A DNA stretch of 52,185 nucleotides, taken from contig JBAUSZ010000048.1 of NCBI GenBank assembly GCA_049581965.1, positions 1 through 52,185 on the forward strand. Direction: 5' to 3'. Position 1 is the first letter of the stretch. Each line of letters starts with the position of its first letter. Under the pieces are notes generated by a model that saw nothing but the letters and a program-made list of their open reading frames with translations, made no database searches and was not told the origin of the DNA. This DNA is from Thermoanaerobaculia bacterium. Lineage in GTDB: Bacteria > Acidobacteriota > Thermoanaerobaculia > UBA5066. This document shows, piece after piece, positions 44,611 through 52,185 of the stretch. Position numbers and translations under genes: made by a program.

Positions 44611-47600
44611 CTACACGCGTCCGAGAACGAGCCGTGCCGGATCCGTGAAGGACGTGTGGAGCTCGATCGAGCCGTCGAGCACGAAGATTTCGAGACGGGA
44701 ATTGATGAGGGGCGCGATGTTGTCGGTGGGCGTCTTCTTCGTCGAGAAGATGCCGACCCACGCGTTCTTCCCGCTCGCTTTTGCGACGTAGAGGGCGCGG
44801 TCCGCGATGATGACCACCTGTTCCCACGTCACGCCTCTCGGCGTGGACGGGATGAACGGGAAGAATGCGAAGCCGATCGAGCACGTCAGCCGCGCCGAGT
44901 GCCCCTCCCCGAGGTCGAACGAATGCTCCGCGACGAGGGAACAGATGCGTTGCGCGAGCGCCTCCGCGACGGACGGCTGCGCGAAGCGTCCGATGACGAG
45001 AAACTCGTCGCCGCCCCACCTCAGGATCGTGTCGGAACGGCGGCACGCCCGCTCGAGGACGTTCTTCATCTCGAGGAGGACCCGGTCTCCCGCGGCGTGC
45101 CCGTAGGAGTCGTTCACGGGCTTGAACCCGTCGAGGTCGACCATCAGGAGAACGAAGTCGGGCCGGGGGACCGAGACGTCCGGCCCGCCGCCCTCCATGG
45201 ACGCGTAGTAGCGGTCGACGAGCCCGATCTCCTTGTCGATCTCCGTCATCAGGAAGCGGCGGTTGTGGAGGCCGGTCAGGGAGTCGGTGAGGCTCGACGC
45301 CTGGAGCTTCTGGATCGCGTCCCTCAGCTCTTCGTTGCGGACGCCGAGCTCCTTCGTGCGCTTCTGGACCTCGGCTTCGAGGAGGCGGCCGCGCTCGGCC
45401 TCCTGCTCGAGCTGCCTTCGGGAGCGGCGAACGAAATAGGCGACCGCGCCGGCGATCGCGAGCGCGTAGAGCATGTACGCCCATGCGCTTTTCCAGGGCG
45501 GGGGCTCCACGACGATGCCGAGCGAGGCTCCCTTCTCGTTCCAGACACCGTCGCTGTTCGAGCCCTTGACGCGGAACACGAACCGGCCGGCGGGGAGGTT
45601 CGTGTAGGTCGCCCGCCGGCTCGATCCCGGGTCGATCCAGTCGCGGTCGAAGCCCTCGAGCATGTAGGCGTAGCGGTTCTTGGCGGGCGCCGTGTAGTCG
45701 AGCGCCGCGAACTCGAACGAGACGACGTAGTCTTTGTAGGTGAGGCGGGTCTCCGTCGTTTCCGAGATGTCCTGCGGCAGGCGCACCGGCTTCGTGAGCT
45801 TGTAGAAACCCGTCAGGAGTACCGGCGGCATGTGGGCGTTGCGCCGGATGCGCTCCGGGAAGAAGGCGTTGAAGCCGTTGATCCCCCCGAAGAACATCTC
45901 GCCGGACGCGCTCCGGTGCGAGGCGCCGAAGTTGAACTCGTTGCTCTGGAGCCCGTACGACTGGTCGAAGTTCCGGAACGTCCCGGCCTCCGGGTCGAAG
46001 TTCGAGAGGCCGCGGTTCGTGCTGAGCCAGAGCGTTCCCTTCTCGTCCTCGAGGATGCCGTAGACGGTGTCGTTCGGCAGGCCGTTCTTGTCGCCGTAGC
46101 GCCGGAACGCCGCGCGGCCGGCCTTGCGGTCCTCGGGGCTCCAGCCGCTGAGCCCGCCGCCCTGGGTGCCGATCCAGAGGGTTCCCTTCCTGTCCTCGTG
46201 GACGCAGAAGACCACTCCGGGCGCGAGGCTGTCCGCGCGGGCCGGATTGTTCCGGTAGCTCGCGAACCCGCCGGAGGCGCGGTCGAACCGGTTGAGTCCG
46301 CCGTGCTCGGTGCCGACCCAGATCGTTCCGCTCGAATCCTCCGCGACGGTCAGGACGTTGTCGTCGCTCAGGCTCGCCGGCGCCGCCGCGTCGTGCCGGT
46401 AGGGCACGAACGTCTCCGTCACGGGCTGGTAGCGGTTCAGGCCGCCGCCCATCACGCCGATCCAGAGGACGCCTTCGTGGTCGATCAGGAGCGAGGTGAC
46501 GCCGTTGCCGCTCAGGCTCGAGGGCTTCGCGGCGTCGCGCCGGAAGTGGCGGAAGGTGCCGCGCGCCGGATCGAACCGGTCGAGTCCGGCCTCGAGCGTC
46601 CCGACCCAGACCGTTCCGTCGTCCTCGCGGGCCAGCGTCATGACCCGGTCGTCGGCGAGGCTCGCCGGGTTCTTCGGATCGTGACGAAAGAGGTGGACCG
46701 CTCGCCGCGCCGGATCGAAGATGTTCAGGCCGCCCCACGTCCCGACGATGAGCGTCCCGTCGGGAGCCGTCGCGAAGGCCTGGACGAAATCGTTGCTCAG
46801 CGTCGAGCCCGCCGAGAGGTCCGACTTGAAGAGGACGAACGCCCCCGTGAGAGGGTTCCACTTGTCCAGGCCGCTTCCCTGGGTGCCCACCCAGACCACC
46901 CCGCCGCGGTCCTGGTGAAGCGAGAGGACGCGGCTGTCGGCGAGGCTGGCCGGGTCGGTGGCCTGATGGACGTACCGGGCAAAAGCCGTCTCGCCCTTGC
47001 GCAGGGCGTTCAGGCCGTTGTTCGTCCCGACCCAGAGCGTCCCTTCCGAATCCTCGAGGAGCGACCAGACCGTGTTGTCCGAGAGGCTGGCGGCGTCCTT
47101 CGGGTCATTCCGGAAATGCGAGAAGGAGACGCCGGCGGGGTCGAGGCGGTCGAGTCCCTTCGCGTAGCCGCCCACCCAGATCGTGCCGTCCTTCCCGACG
47201 AGCAGGGACCGGATCCGGTCGTCTCCCAGGCTATCGGCCTTGCCCGGGTCGTTCCGGTAGTGGAGAAAGCCGCCCCCTCCCGCGTCGAGGCGGTCGAGGC
47301 CCCCCTGCGTGCCGACCCAGAGGCTGCCCTTCGCGTCCACCGCGAGGGCTCGGACGCGGTCGTTCGCGAGGCTGTCCGGCCTGGACGGGTCGTGGAGGAA
47401 CCGCGTCACGGCGCCCGTCCTCCGGTTGAGCCGGTTCAGGCCCCCGCCGTCCGTGCCGACCCACAGCGCGCCGTCCGGCGTCTCGGCGATGGACCGGACC
47501 CGGTTGCTGCTGAGGCTGGACGTGTTCGCGAGGTCGTTCCGGAGGGTCGAGAACGAGTTCGTGTGGAGGTCCAGGCGCGCCAGGCCCCCCCCGTCGGTTC

Positions 47601-47979
47601 CGATCCAGAGCGATCCCTCGCCGTCCTCGTGGAGGGCCCAGATCACGTTCGCAGGCAGGGAATCCGGGCTCTGGGGATCGTTCTTGAAAACGGTGAAGTC
47701 GTAACCGTCCCAGCGGTTCAGGCCGTCCTGCGTACCGAACCACATGTAGCCGCGGTGGTCCTGCAAAATGCAGTTGACCGCGCTCTGGGAGAGGCCCTGC
47801 TCGAGGGAGATGTTGGTGAAGCGGACGTAACGCGCCGTTTCGGCCGAGAGGCCGCCGGCCCACGTCGAAAAAAGAGAGGCCGCAACGGCCGCGCAGGCAA
47901 AGTGCCTCGCGGCGGAAGCGAGACCGCCACGGTTCGAATGCATCGCCACGTGCCTGCGACCGCTGGACGAGCCGATCAT
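44611..47979 (-). CDS. Sensor diguanylate cyclase: periplasmic two-component-regulator propeller repeats + Y_Y_Y domain + TM + coiled coil + GGDEF
   Basis: About 14 repeats of the ..D..G.LWIGT..GL..(F/L) type. TM AYMLYALAIAGAVAYFV. Intact GGDEF (RWGGDEFLVI) with an RxxD I-site (RRSD) five residues upstream. Confidence 0.9.
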   Translation of the reverse strand: MIGSSSGRRHVAMHSNRGGLASAARHFACAAVAASLFSTWAGGLSAETARYVRFTNISLEQGLSQSAVNCILQDHRGYMWFGTQDGLNRWDGYDFTVFKNDPQSPDSLPANVIWALHEDGEGSLWIGTDGGGLARLDLHTNSFSTLRNDLANTSSLSSNRVRSIAETPDGALWVGTDGGGLNRLNRRTGAVTRFLHDPSRPDSLANDRVRALAVDAKGSLWVGTQGGLDRLDAGGGGFLHYRNDPGKADSLGDDRIRSLLVGKDGTIWVGGYAKGLDRLDPAGVSFSHFRNDPKDAASLSDNTVWSLLEDSEGTLWVGTNNGLNALRKGETAFARYVHQATDPASLADSRVLSLHQDRGGVVWVGTQGSGLDKWNPLTGAFVLFKSDLSAGSTLSNDFVQAFATAPDGTLIVGTWGGLNIFDPARRAVHLFRHDPKNPASLADDRVMTLAREDDGTVWVGTLEAGLDRFDPARGTFRHFRRDAAKPSSLSGNGVTSLLIDHEGVLWIGVMGGGLNRYQPVTETFVPYRHDAAAPASLSDDNVLTVAEDSSGTIWVGTEHGGLNRFDRASGGFASYRNNPARADSLAPGVVFCVHEDRKGTLWIGTQGGGLSGWSPEDRKAGRAAFRRYGDKNGLPNDTVYGILEDEKGTLWLSTNRGLSNFDPEAGTFRNFDQSYGLQSNEFNFGASHRSASGEMFFGGINGFNAFFPERIRRNAHMPPVLLTGFYKLTKPVRLPQDISETTETRLTYKDYVVSFEFAALDYTAPAKNRYAYMLEGFDRDWIDPGSSRRATYTNLPAGRFVFRVKGSNSDGVWNEKGASLGIVVEPPPWKSAWAYMLYALAIAGAVAYFVRRSRRQLEQEAERGRLLEAEVQKRTKELGVRNEELRDAIQKLQASSLTDSLTGLHNRRFLMTEIDKEIGLVDRYYASMEGGGPDVSVPRPDFVLLMVDLDGFKPVNDSYGHAAGDRVLLEMKNVLERACRRSDTILRWGGDEFLVIGRFAQPSVAEALAQRICSLVAEHSFDLGEGHSARLTCSIGFAFFPFIPSTPRGVTWEQVVIIADRALYVAKASGKNAWVGIFSTKKTPTDNIAPLINSRLEIFVLDGSIELHTSFTDPARLVLGRV

Positions 47980-48040
47980 TACCTCCTACGCACCTCCGGC
48001 GGAAGGAGCAACCGGAGCCAGTTTCTTCTCGTTCCGAGAA

Positions 48041-50344
48041 TTATACGGCCTCTTCGGCTCCCGGAGGCCGCACGGAACGGAGCATCCGGCCGAACGCCTC
48101 GGCCTCGAGAGGCCGCGAGAAGAGGAATCCCTGCGCCTGGTCGCACTCGAGGGACTGGAGATACCGGAACTGCTCCTCGGTCTCCACGCCCTCGGCCACG
48201 ACCGTGATTCCCAGGCCGCGGGACATGGCGACGAGAGCCGAGACGATGGCCGTGTCGCCCGCGCTCGTGGCGATTCCGTCCACGAAGGAGCGGTCGATCT
48301 TCAGGGAGTCGATGGGGAAGTTCTTGAGGTAGCGCAGGGCCGAATAGCCCGTCCCGAAATCGTCGATCACGAGACGGACGCCGATCCTCTTGAGCTCGGA
48401 AAGGCCGGCGGTCGTCACGTCGTCGTGCGCGAGGAGGGCGCTCTCGGTGATCTCGAGGCAGAGCCGCTCCGGCGGCAGCCCCGTCTGGCGAAGCGCGTCC
48501 CTAACGACCCACGGGAAGCCGGACTGCCTGAGCTGGAACGTCGAGACGTTCACGGCGACGTCCAGGGGCCCGAGCCCCTCCGAGGCCCACGCGGCGGCCT
48601 GGCGGCAGGCGGTCCTCAGGACCCAGTCGCCGAATCCGAGGATGAGTCCGCTCTCCTCCGCCACGGGGATGAACCGGGCCGGCGGGATCGCGCCCAGCGC
48701 GGGGGAGTTCCAGCGCAGGAGCGCCTCGAAGCCGGTCACCTCGCGGCTCTTTCCGTCCACGAGCGGCTGGTAGTGGAGCGAGAGCTCGCCGCGCTCGAGA
48801 GCCCGGTGAAGACCACTCTCGAGGGAGAGCCGGGCGGCGACCTCGCCGTTCACGGTGTCGCCGTAGAAGCGGTACGTGCCGCGCCCCTGCTTTTTGGCCT
48901 GCGTCAGCGCGGTCTGCGCGTGCTGGATCAGGAGCCCGGGATCGCCGCCGTCCTGAGGGCCCAGGGCGATTCCGACGCTGGCCGTGACGAAGACCTCGCC
49001 GGGCCCGGCCTGGTAGCTCCCTGCGAGAGCGTCGAGAATCCTCTTGGCGACGCGTGCGGCATCCTCGGCCTTCTCGACATCAGTCAAGATCACGACGAAC
49101 TCGTCCCCGGAGAGCCGGGCGAGGGACTGCGCCGTCTCGATGGGCGAGGAGTGGGCCACCATGTCGCCCCGCCTCAGACACTGCTGGAGGCGGCCGGCGA
49201 CGTCCACGATGAGCCGGTCGCCTTCCGAGGGGCCGTAGCTCTCGTTGATCTCCGCGAATCGGTCGATGTCGAGGAACAGCGTGGCGACGAGCCGGTTCGT
49301 ACGCGAGCCCTGCGCGAGGGCGTGACCGAGAAGCTGCTGGAGCATGGACCGGTTCGGAAGGCCGGTGAGGCCGTCCACGTTCGAGAGCTGCCAGATCTGC
49401 TCTTCCGCGCGCATCTGCTCCGTGACGTCCTGCACGATGCCGCGGAGCCAGCGGGTCTCGCCGTCGCCGTCCAGGGAGAAGTCCGCCCAGTGGCGGACGA
49501 ACCGGACGGCGCCGTCCTTCGGCCTCCGGATCCGGTGCTCCGCGCCGAAGGGCCGCCGATCGCGGGCCGCGCTCAGGATCTCGGCCTCGACGAACGGCCG
49601 GTCGTCCGGATGGACGAGAGCGAGGAACGCCTCGGGGCGGCCGTCGACGGCGTCCTCGAAACCGAGGAGGTTGGCCGCCTCAGGCGACCACTCGATCCCG
49701 CCCGTCGAGACGTCGTGGTTCCAGCTCGCGAGGCAGGCCACCTCCTCGGCTTCGCGGAGGAGCGCCTTGCTCAGGCGGAGGCGCCGGCGCGCCCGGTCCG
49801 CCTCGATCAGATTCCAGAGTCTTCTCGAGAGGATCCACCAGTTGATGGGCCTCAGGACGAAATCCGAGGCGCCGGCGTCGTGGGACCTCCGGACGGACTC
49901 GTAGTCCTCGGAGTCGGTGGCGATGACGAGGGGCAGCTCCTGCCCCTCCGGCGTCTTCCGGAGGGCTTCGCAGAGAGCGAAGCCGTCGCCGTCCGGGAGC
50001 GCGCCGTCGATCACGACGAGGTCGGGACGGACCTTGGAAAAGAGCGCGAAGGTTTCGCCCGCCGTGGAGGCCCGCTGCACCTCGAACCCGGCCTTCTCGA
50101 GGTACCGGCAGGCCGCGAGGAGAACCGCGGGCTCGCGGTCGGCGAGGAGGAGGACCGGGCGCTTGCGGGGCACGGCGTGAACGCCGGAATCGGTCGCGGG
50201 GATGCGCCGCGGCAGGAAGGCGAGGACGCCCGCCCGGCTCGGAGAAGCTTCGCGCCCCCCGGCCTTCGCCGCGCTCTCCGCCCGGGTCGGGAGAATCGTC
50301 GCCGTCATCGGATGCTCCATTTGCGAGCCGGATGGCCGCGGCAC
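48041..50344 (-). CDS. Response-regulator receiver + PAS + GGDEF (SGDEF) + EAL protein
   Basis: REC (LVVIDGALPDGDG), a PAS-like segment, degenerate SGDEF, and EAL (GFEALLRW, DDFGTGYS). The GTG start shares one nucleotide with the TAG stop of the subtilase gene. An ATG alternative lies about 8 codons in. Confidence 0.9.
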   Translation of the reverse strand: MPRPSGSQMEHPMTATILPTRAESAAKAGGREASPSRAGVLAFLPRRIPATDSGVHAVPRKRPVLLLADREPAVLLAACRYLEKAGFEVQRASTAGETFALFSKVRPDLVVIDGALPDGDGFALCEALRKTPEGQELPLVIATDSEDYESVRRSHDAGASDFVLRPINWWILSRRLWNLIEADRARRRLRLSKALLREAEEVACLASWNHDVSTGGIEWSPEAANLLGFEDAVDGRPEAFLALVHPDDRPFVEAEILSAARDRRPFGAEHRIRRPKDGAVRFVRHWADFSLDGDGETRWLRGIVQDVTEQMRAEEQIWQLSNVDGLTGLPNRSMLQQLLGHALAQGSRTNRLVATLFLDIDRFAEINESYGPSEGDRLIVDVAGRLQQCLRRGDMVAHSSPIETAQSLARLSGDEFVVILTDVEKAEDAARVAKRILDALAGSYQAGPGEVFVTASVGIALGPQDGGDPGLLIQHAQTALTQAKKQGRGTYRFYGDTVNGEVAARLSLESGLHRALERGELSLHYQPLVDGKSREVTGFEALLRWNSPALGAIPPARFIPVAEESGLILGFGDWVLRTACRQAAAWASEGLGPLDVAVNVSTFQLRQSGFPWVVRDALRQTGLPPERLCLEITESALLAHDDVTTAGLSELKRIGVRLVIDDFGTGYSALRYLKNFPIDSLKIDRSFVDGIATSAGDTAIVSALVAMSRGLGITVVAEGVETEEQFRYLQSLECDQAQGFLFSRPLEAEAFGRMLRSVRPPGAEEAV

Positions 50345-52002
50345 TACTCCTGTTTCACCCAGAAGTTGACGGAGGTCGGTTCGGCCAGGCTGTTGCTCCA
50401 GACGTAGCCGCTGGGGAAGAAGTTGGACCAGACGTAGCCGTTGGACCAGACGTAGCCGTTGCTCCAGACGTACGCGTTGGACCAGACGTAGCCGTTGCTC
50501 CAGACGTAGCCGTTGGACCAGACGTAACCGGCGGCGCCGGGGTACGAGCCGGACCAGTTGTAGGCGCTCATTCCGGGTATGTAATAGGCGCCGTTGTTGG
50601 GGTACTGCTGGGCGGTCCCGCCGTAGTGCGCGGTCCCGGCGACGTCCTTGTTCACGTCGAGGCCGGCGTTGGCGTTGCCGAATCTGCTGCTCATGACGGC
50701 GTCGTACGCGTCCACGAAGCCCGCTCCTTGCTGGAAGACGGTATAGGCGAGCGTGCCGTTCGAGTTCAGGCGCGGATTCGCGGTGTTCATGATCCTGTAC
50801 TTCACCTGGTCCGGCGTGAGCGTGGGGTACTTCTGCAGGACGAGGGCCGCGATGCCGCTCACGACCGCCGCCGCCTGCGACGTTCCCGACATGACGAACT
50901 CCTGCGTGTTGGGGGTCGAGAACTGCGGGAACTGCTTGGCGAGAAGCGCATGCGCCGGATCCATGAAGCCCAGCATGTGGCCGCCCGGGGCGACGATCTC
51001 GGGTTTGACGAAGCCCTCCGTCGTGGGCCCGGTGGAGGAGAAGGAAGCGAGCTTGTCGTCGCTCGGGTCCGACGGCGTGTAGTTGTCCGTCATCGCGCCC
51101 ACCGTGATGACGTACGGGTTATTGCCCGGGACGCCGATCGTCATCGGGCTCGGGCCGGCGTTTCCCGCCGAGGCGACGACGACGATGCCTGCCTGCCAGA
51201 GCTTCGTGACGGCCTGGTTGACCGGGTCGTCCCAATACCGGGAAAGTGGCACGCCCGCGAACGAGCAGTTCAGGACGCGAATGTTGTATTTGGTCTTGTT
51301 GGCGAGGATCCAGTTGAGGCCACGGATGACGTTGGCGTAGGTTGCGATCCCGTAGGAGTCGAACGCTTGGACCGCGACGAGATTGGCGTCGGGCGCGATT
51401 CCCATCCAGGTCCCGTCGTCGGCCTTCTGGCTCCCCATGATCACGCTCAAAACGTGCGTGCCGTGGCCGTAACCGTCACTCGGCAGACGGCCGACCGTGT
51501 TCGTGATCGCGCTGTACTCGGCCCGGATGCTCCGGTCGTCGGTCGAGGTGTTGTCGCGCTCCGCGCTGTTTCCATACCACCAGCCGGTGTCGAGGATCGC
51601 GACGGTGACGCCCTTGCCCGTGATCCCCTGCTGGTGGAGGGTCGCGGCGCCGACGAGCGTGGGGTAGACCGAGTTGGGATAGGAGGCGCTGGAAGAGCCG
51701 TAATCGGCGACTTTGACCTGGCCGTCGCCGTAGACGCGGGCGCCCTTCTCCTTGACGGCGGCGAGCTGCGAGGACGTGAGCCTTGCCCCGACGGCGTCGA
51801 TGATGCCGAGCTCGTGCGTGACGGTCCCGCCGACGCTCTTCACGAGTGCCTCGGCCTCGGCTGCGCTCGACGACTGGACGATCGCGGAGGTCGCGCGCGA
51901 CTCCGAGAAACGGTGCGCTGCGACGAAGACGGAAAGGGCGACAAGAAGGGATGCGACGGTCCCGAGGAGCCGGCCCTGTTTCTGCCTCAGGTGAACGTGC
52001 AT
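50344..52002 (-). CDS. S8 subtilisin-family serine protease with C-terminal [G/A]YVWSN hexapeptide array
   Basis: Catalytic D (AILDTG), H (HGTHV) and S (SGTSQAAA). N-terminal signal/anchor and an I9-like propeptide. Seven GYVWSN-type units near the C-terminus. Confidence 0.9.
   Translation of the reverse strand: MHVHLRQKQGRLLGTVASLLVALSVFVAAHRFSESRATSAIVQSSSAAEAEALVKSVGGTVTHELGIIDAVGARLTSSQLAAVKEKGARVYGDGQVKVADYGSSSASYPNSVYPTLVGAATLHQQGITGKGVTVAILDTGWWYGNSAERDNTSTDDRSIRAEYSAITNTVGRLPSDGYGHGTHVLSVIMGSQKADDGTWMGIAPDANLVAVQAFDSYGIATYANVIRGLNWILANKTKYNIRVLNCSFAGVPLSRYWDDPVNQAVTKLWQAGIVVVASAGNAGPSPMTIGVPGNNPYVITVGAMTDNYTPSDPSDDKLASFSSTGPTTEGFVKPEIVAPGGHMLGFMDPAHALLAKQFPQFSTPNTQEFVMSGTSQAAAVVSGIAALVLQKYPTLTPDQVKYRIMNTANPRLNSNGTLAYTVFQQGAGFVDAYDAVMSSRFGNANAGLDVNKDVAGTAHYGGTAQQYPNNGAYYIPGMSAYNWSGSYPGAAGYVWSNGYVWSNGYVWSNAYVWSNGYVWSNGYVWSNFFPSGYVWSNSLAEPTSVNFWVKQE
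50422..50529. repeat. 6 x 18-bp in-frame tandem repeat (GTTGSWCCAGACGTARCC) plus a seventh copy at 50392-50409
   Basis: Read directly from the sequence: the gttggaccagacgtagcc / gttgctccagacgtagcc units are contiguous. Confidence 0.95.
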
Positions 52003-52045
52003 TCGCAGAACTCCTTATCCAGTTGGGCATGCGGCGGCGCCGCGT

Positions 52046-52185
52046 TTACTCCTGATTGACCCAGTTGTTGATCGCGGAAGCTTCGGTCAGGCCGTTGGAC
52101 CAGACGTAGGCGTTGGACCAGACGTAGCCGTTGGACCAGAGGTAGGCGTTGCTCCAGAGGTAGGCGTTGGACCAGACGTAGCCGT
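52046..52185 (-). CDS. C-terminal fragment of a second protein with the same hexapeptide array and tail (probably a paralogous subtilase; 5' part outside the window)
   Basis: My own translation reads ...GYVWSNAYLWSNAYLWSNGYVWSNAYVWSNGLTEASAINNWVNQE*, with the stop at 52046-52048. Only about 45 codons are visible, so the catalytic domain is not seen. Confidence 0.6.
   Translation of the reverse strand, partial: GYVWSNAYLWSNAYLWSNGYVWSNAYVWSNGLTEASAINNWVNQE
52094..52185. repeat. At least 5 x 18-bp in-frame tandem repeat of the same family, truncated by the window end
   Basis: The units gttggaccagacgtaggc / gttggaccagaggtaggc / gttgctccagaggtaggc are contiguous to the last base. Confidence 0.95.

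Noticed and set aside
50392-50529. Regularly spaced 18-bp repeats (also 52094-52185) considered as a possible CRISPR array.
   Set aside because: The repeats are directly contiguous with no spacers, are only 18 bp long, and are in frame within coding sequence (GYVWSN units). There are no cas genes in the window.

Overview
GC-rich bacterial chromosomal window. Third codon positions are almost all G/C, which produces many long Arg/Gly/Pro-rich shadow ORFs on wrong strands and frames; I discard these. I support about 47 coding genes and one tRNA.

Most genes are housekeeping and tightly packed. Several junctions have 4-nt GTGA/ATGA start/stop overlaps: 1983, 21034, 26322, 33217 and 33972.

Gene order:
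- EamA transporter (partial)
- GldA/GldF/GldG-type ABC-2 system plus a DUF4340-like gene
- a 518-aa pentapeptide-repeat protein head-to-head with a Ycf46-like AAA+ ATPase
- YbjQ, a LON-N-domain protein and a small ferredoxin
- lipA, two unknown genes, lipB
- two tandem secreted paralogues and a 1328-aa secreted three-module hydrolase
- a 2-oxoacid dehydrogenase E1alpha-E1beta-E2 operon
- a signal-peptide-bearing Hcp-like protein
- the asd-dapB-dapA-dapD-lysA lysine cluster
- an aldo/keto reductase and an acyl-CoA mutase large subunit
- TPR protein, LolB-like lipoprotein, ispE, tRNA-Gln(UUG), prs, rplY, pth
- rpsF-rpsR-DUF2232-rplI
- PBP1A, a small membrane protein, uvrB
- a same-strand string of two subtilases and two c-di-GMP signalling proteins

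I see no transposase, integrase, CRISPR array, rRNA or recognisable defence genes, and no clear complete novel multi-gene system.

Most worth a second look:
1. Subtilases ending in [G/A]Y[V/L]WSN hexapeptide arrays with a conserved tail, chained to c-di-GMP genes.
2. The orphan secreted Hcp-PKD-like fusion.
3. A possible leader-peptide/terminator attenuator just upstream of asd.
4. The duplicated 4-Cys secreted domain next to the 5'-nucleotidase/propeller/PHP fusion.
5. A recurring purine-rich, AT-cored quasi-palindrome (GGGGATTTCTnAGAAGG) found both between genes and in frame inside several conserved enzymes.

All calls come from reading the sequence and translations by eye. No searches were run.
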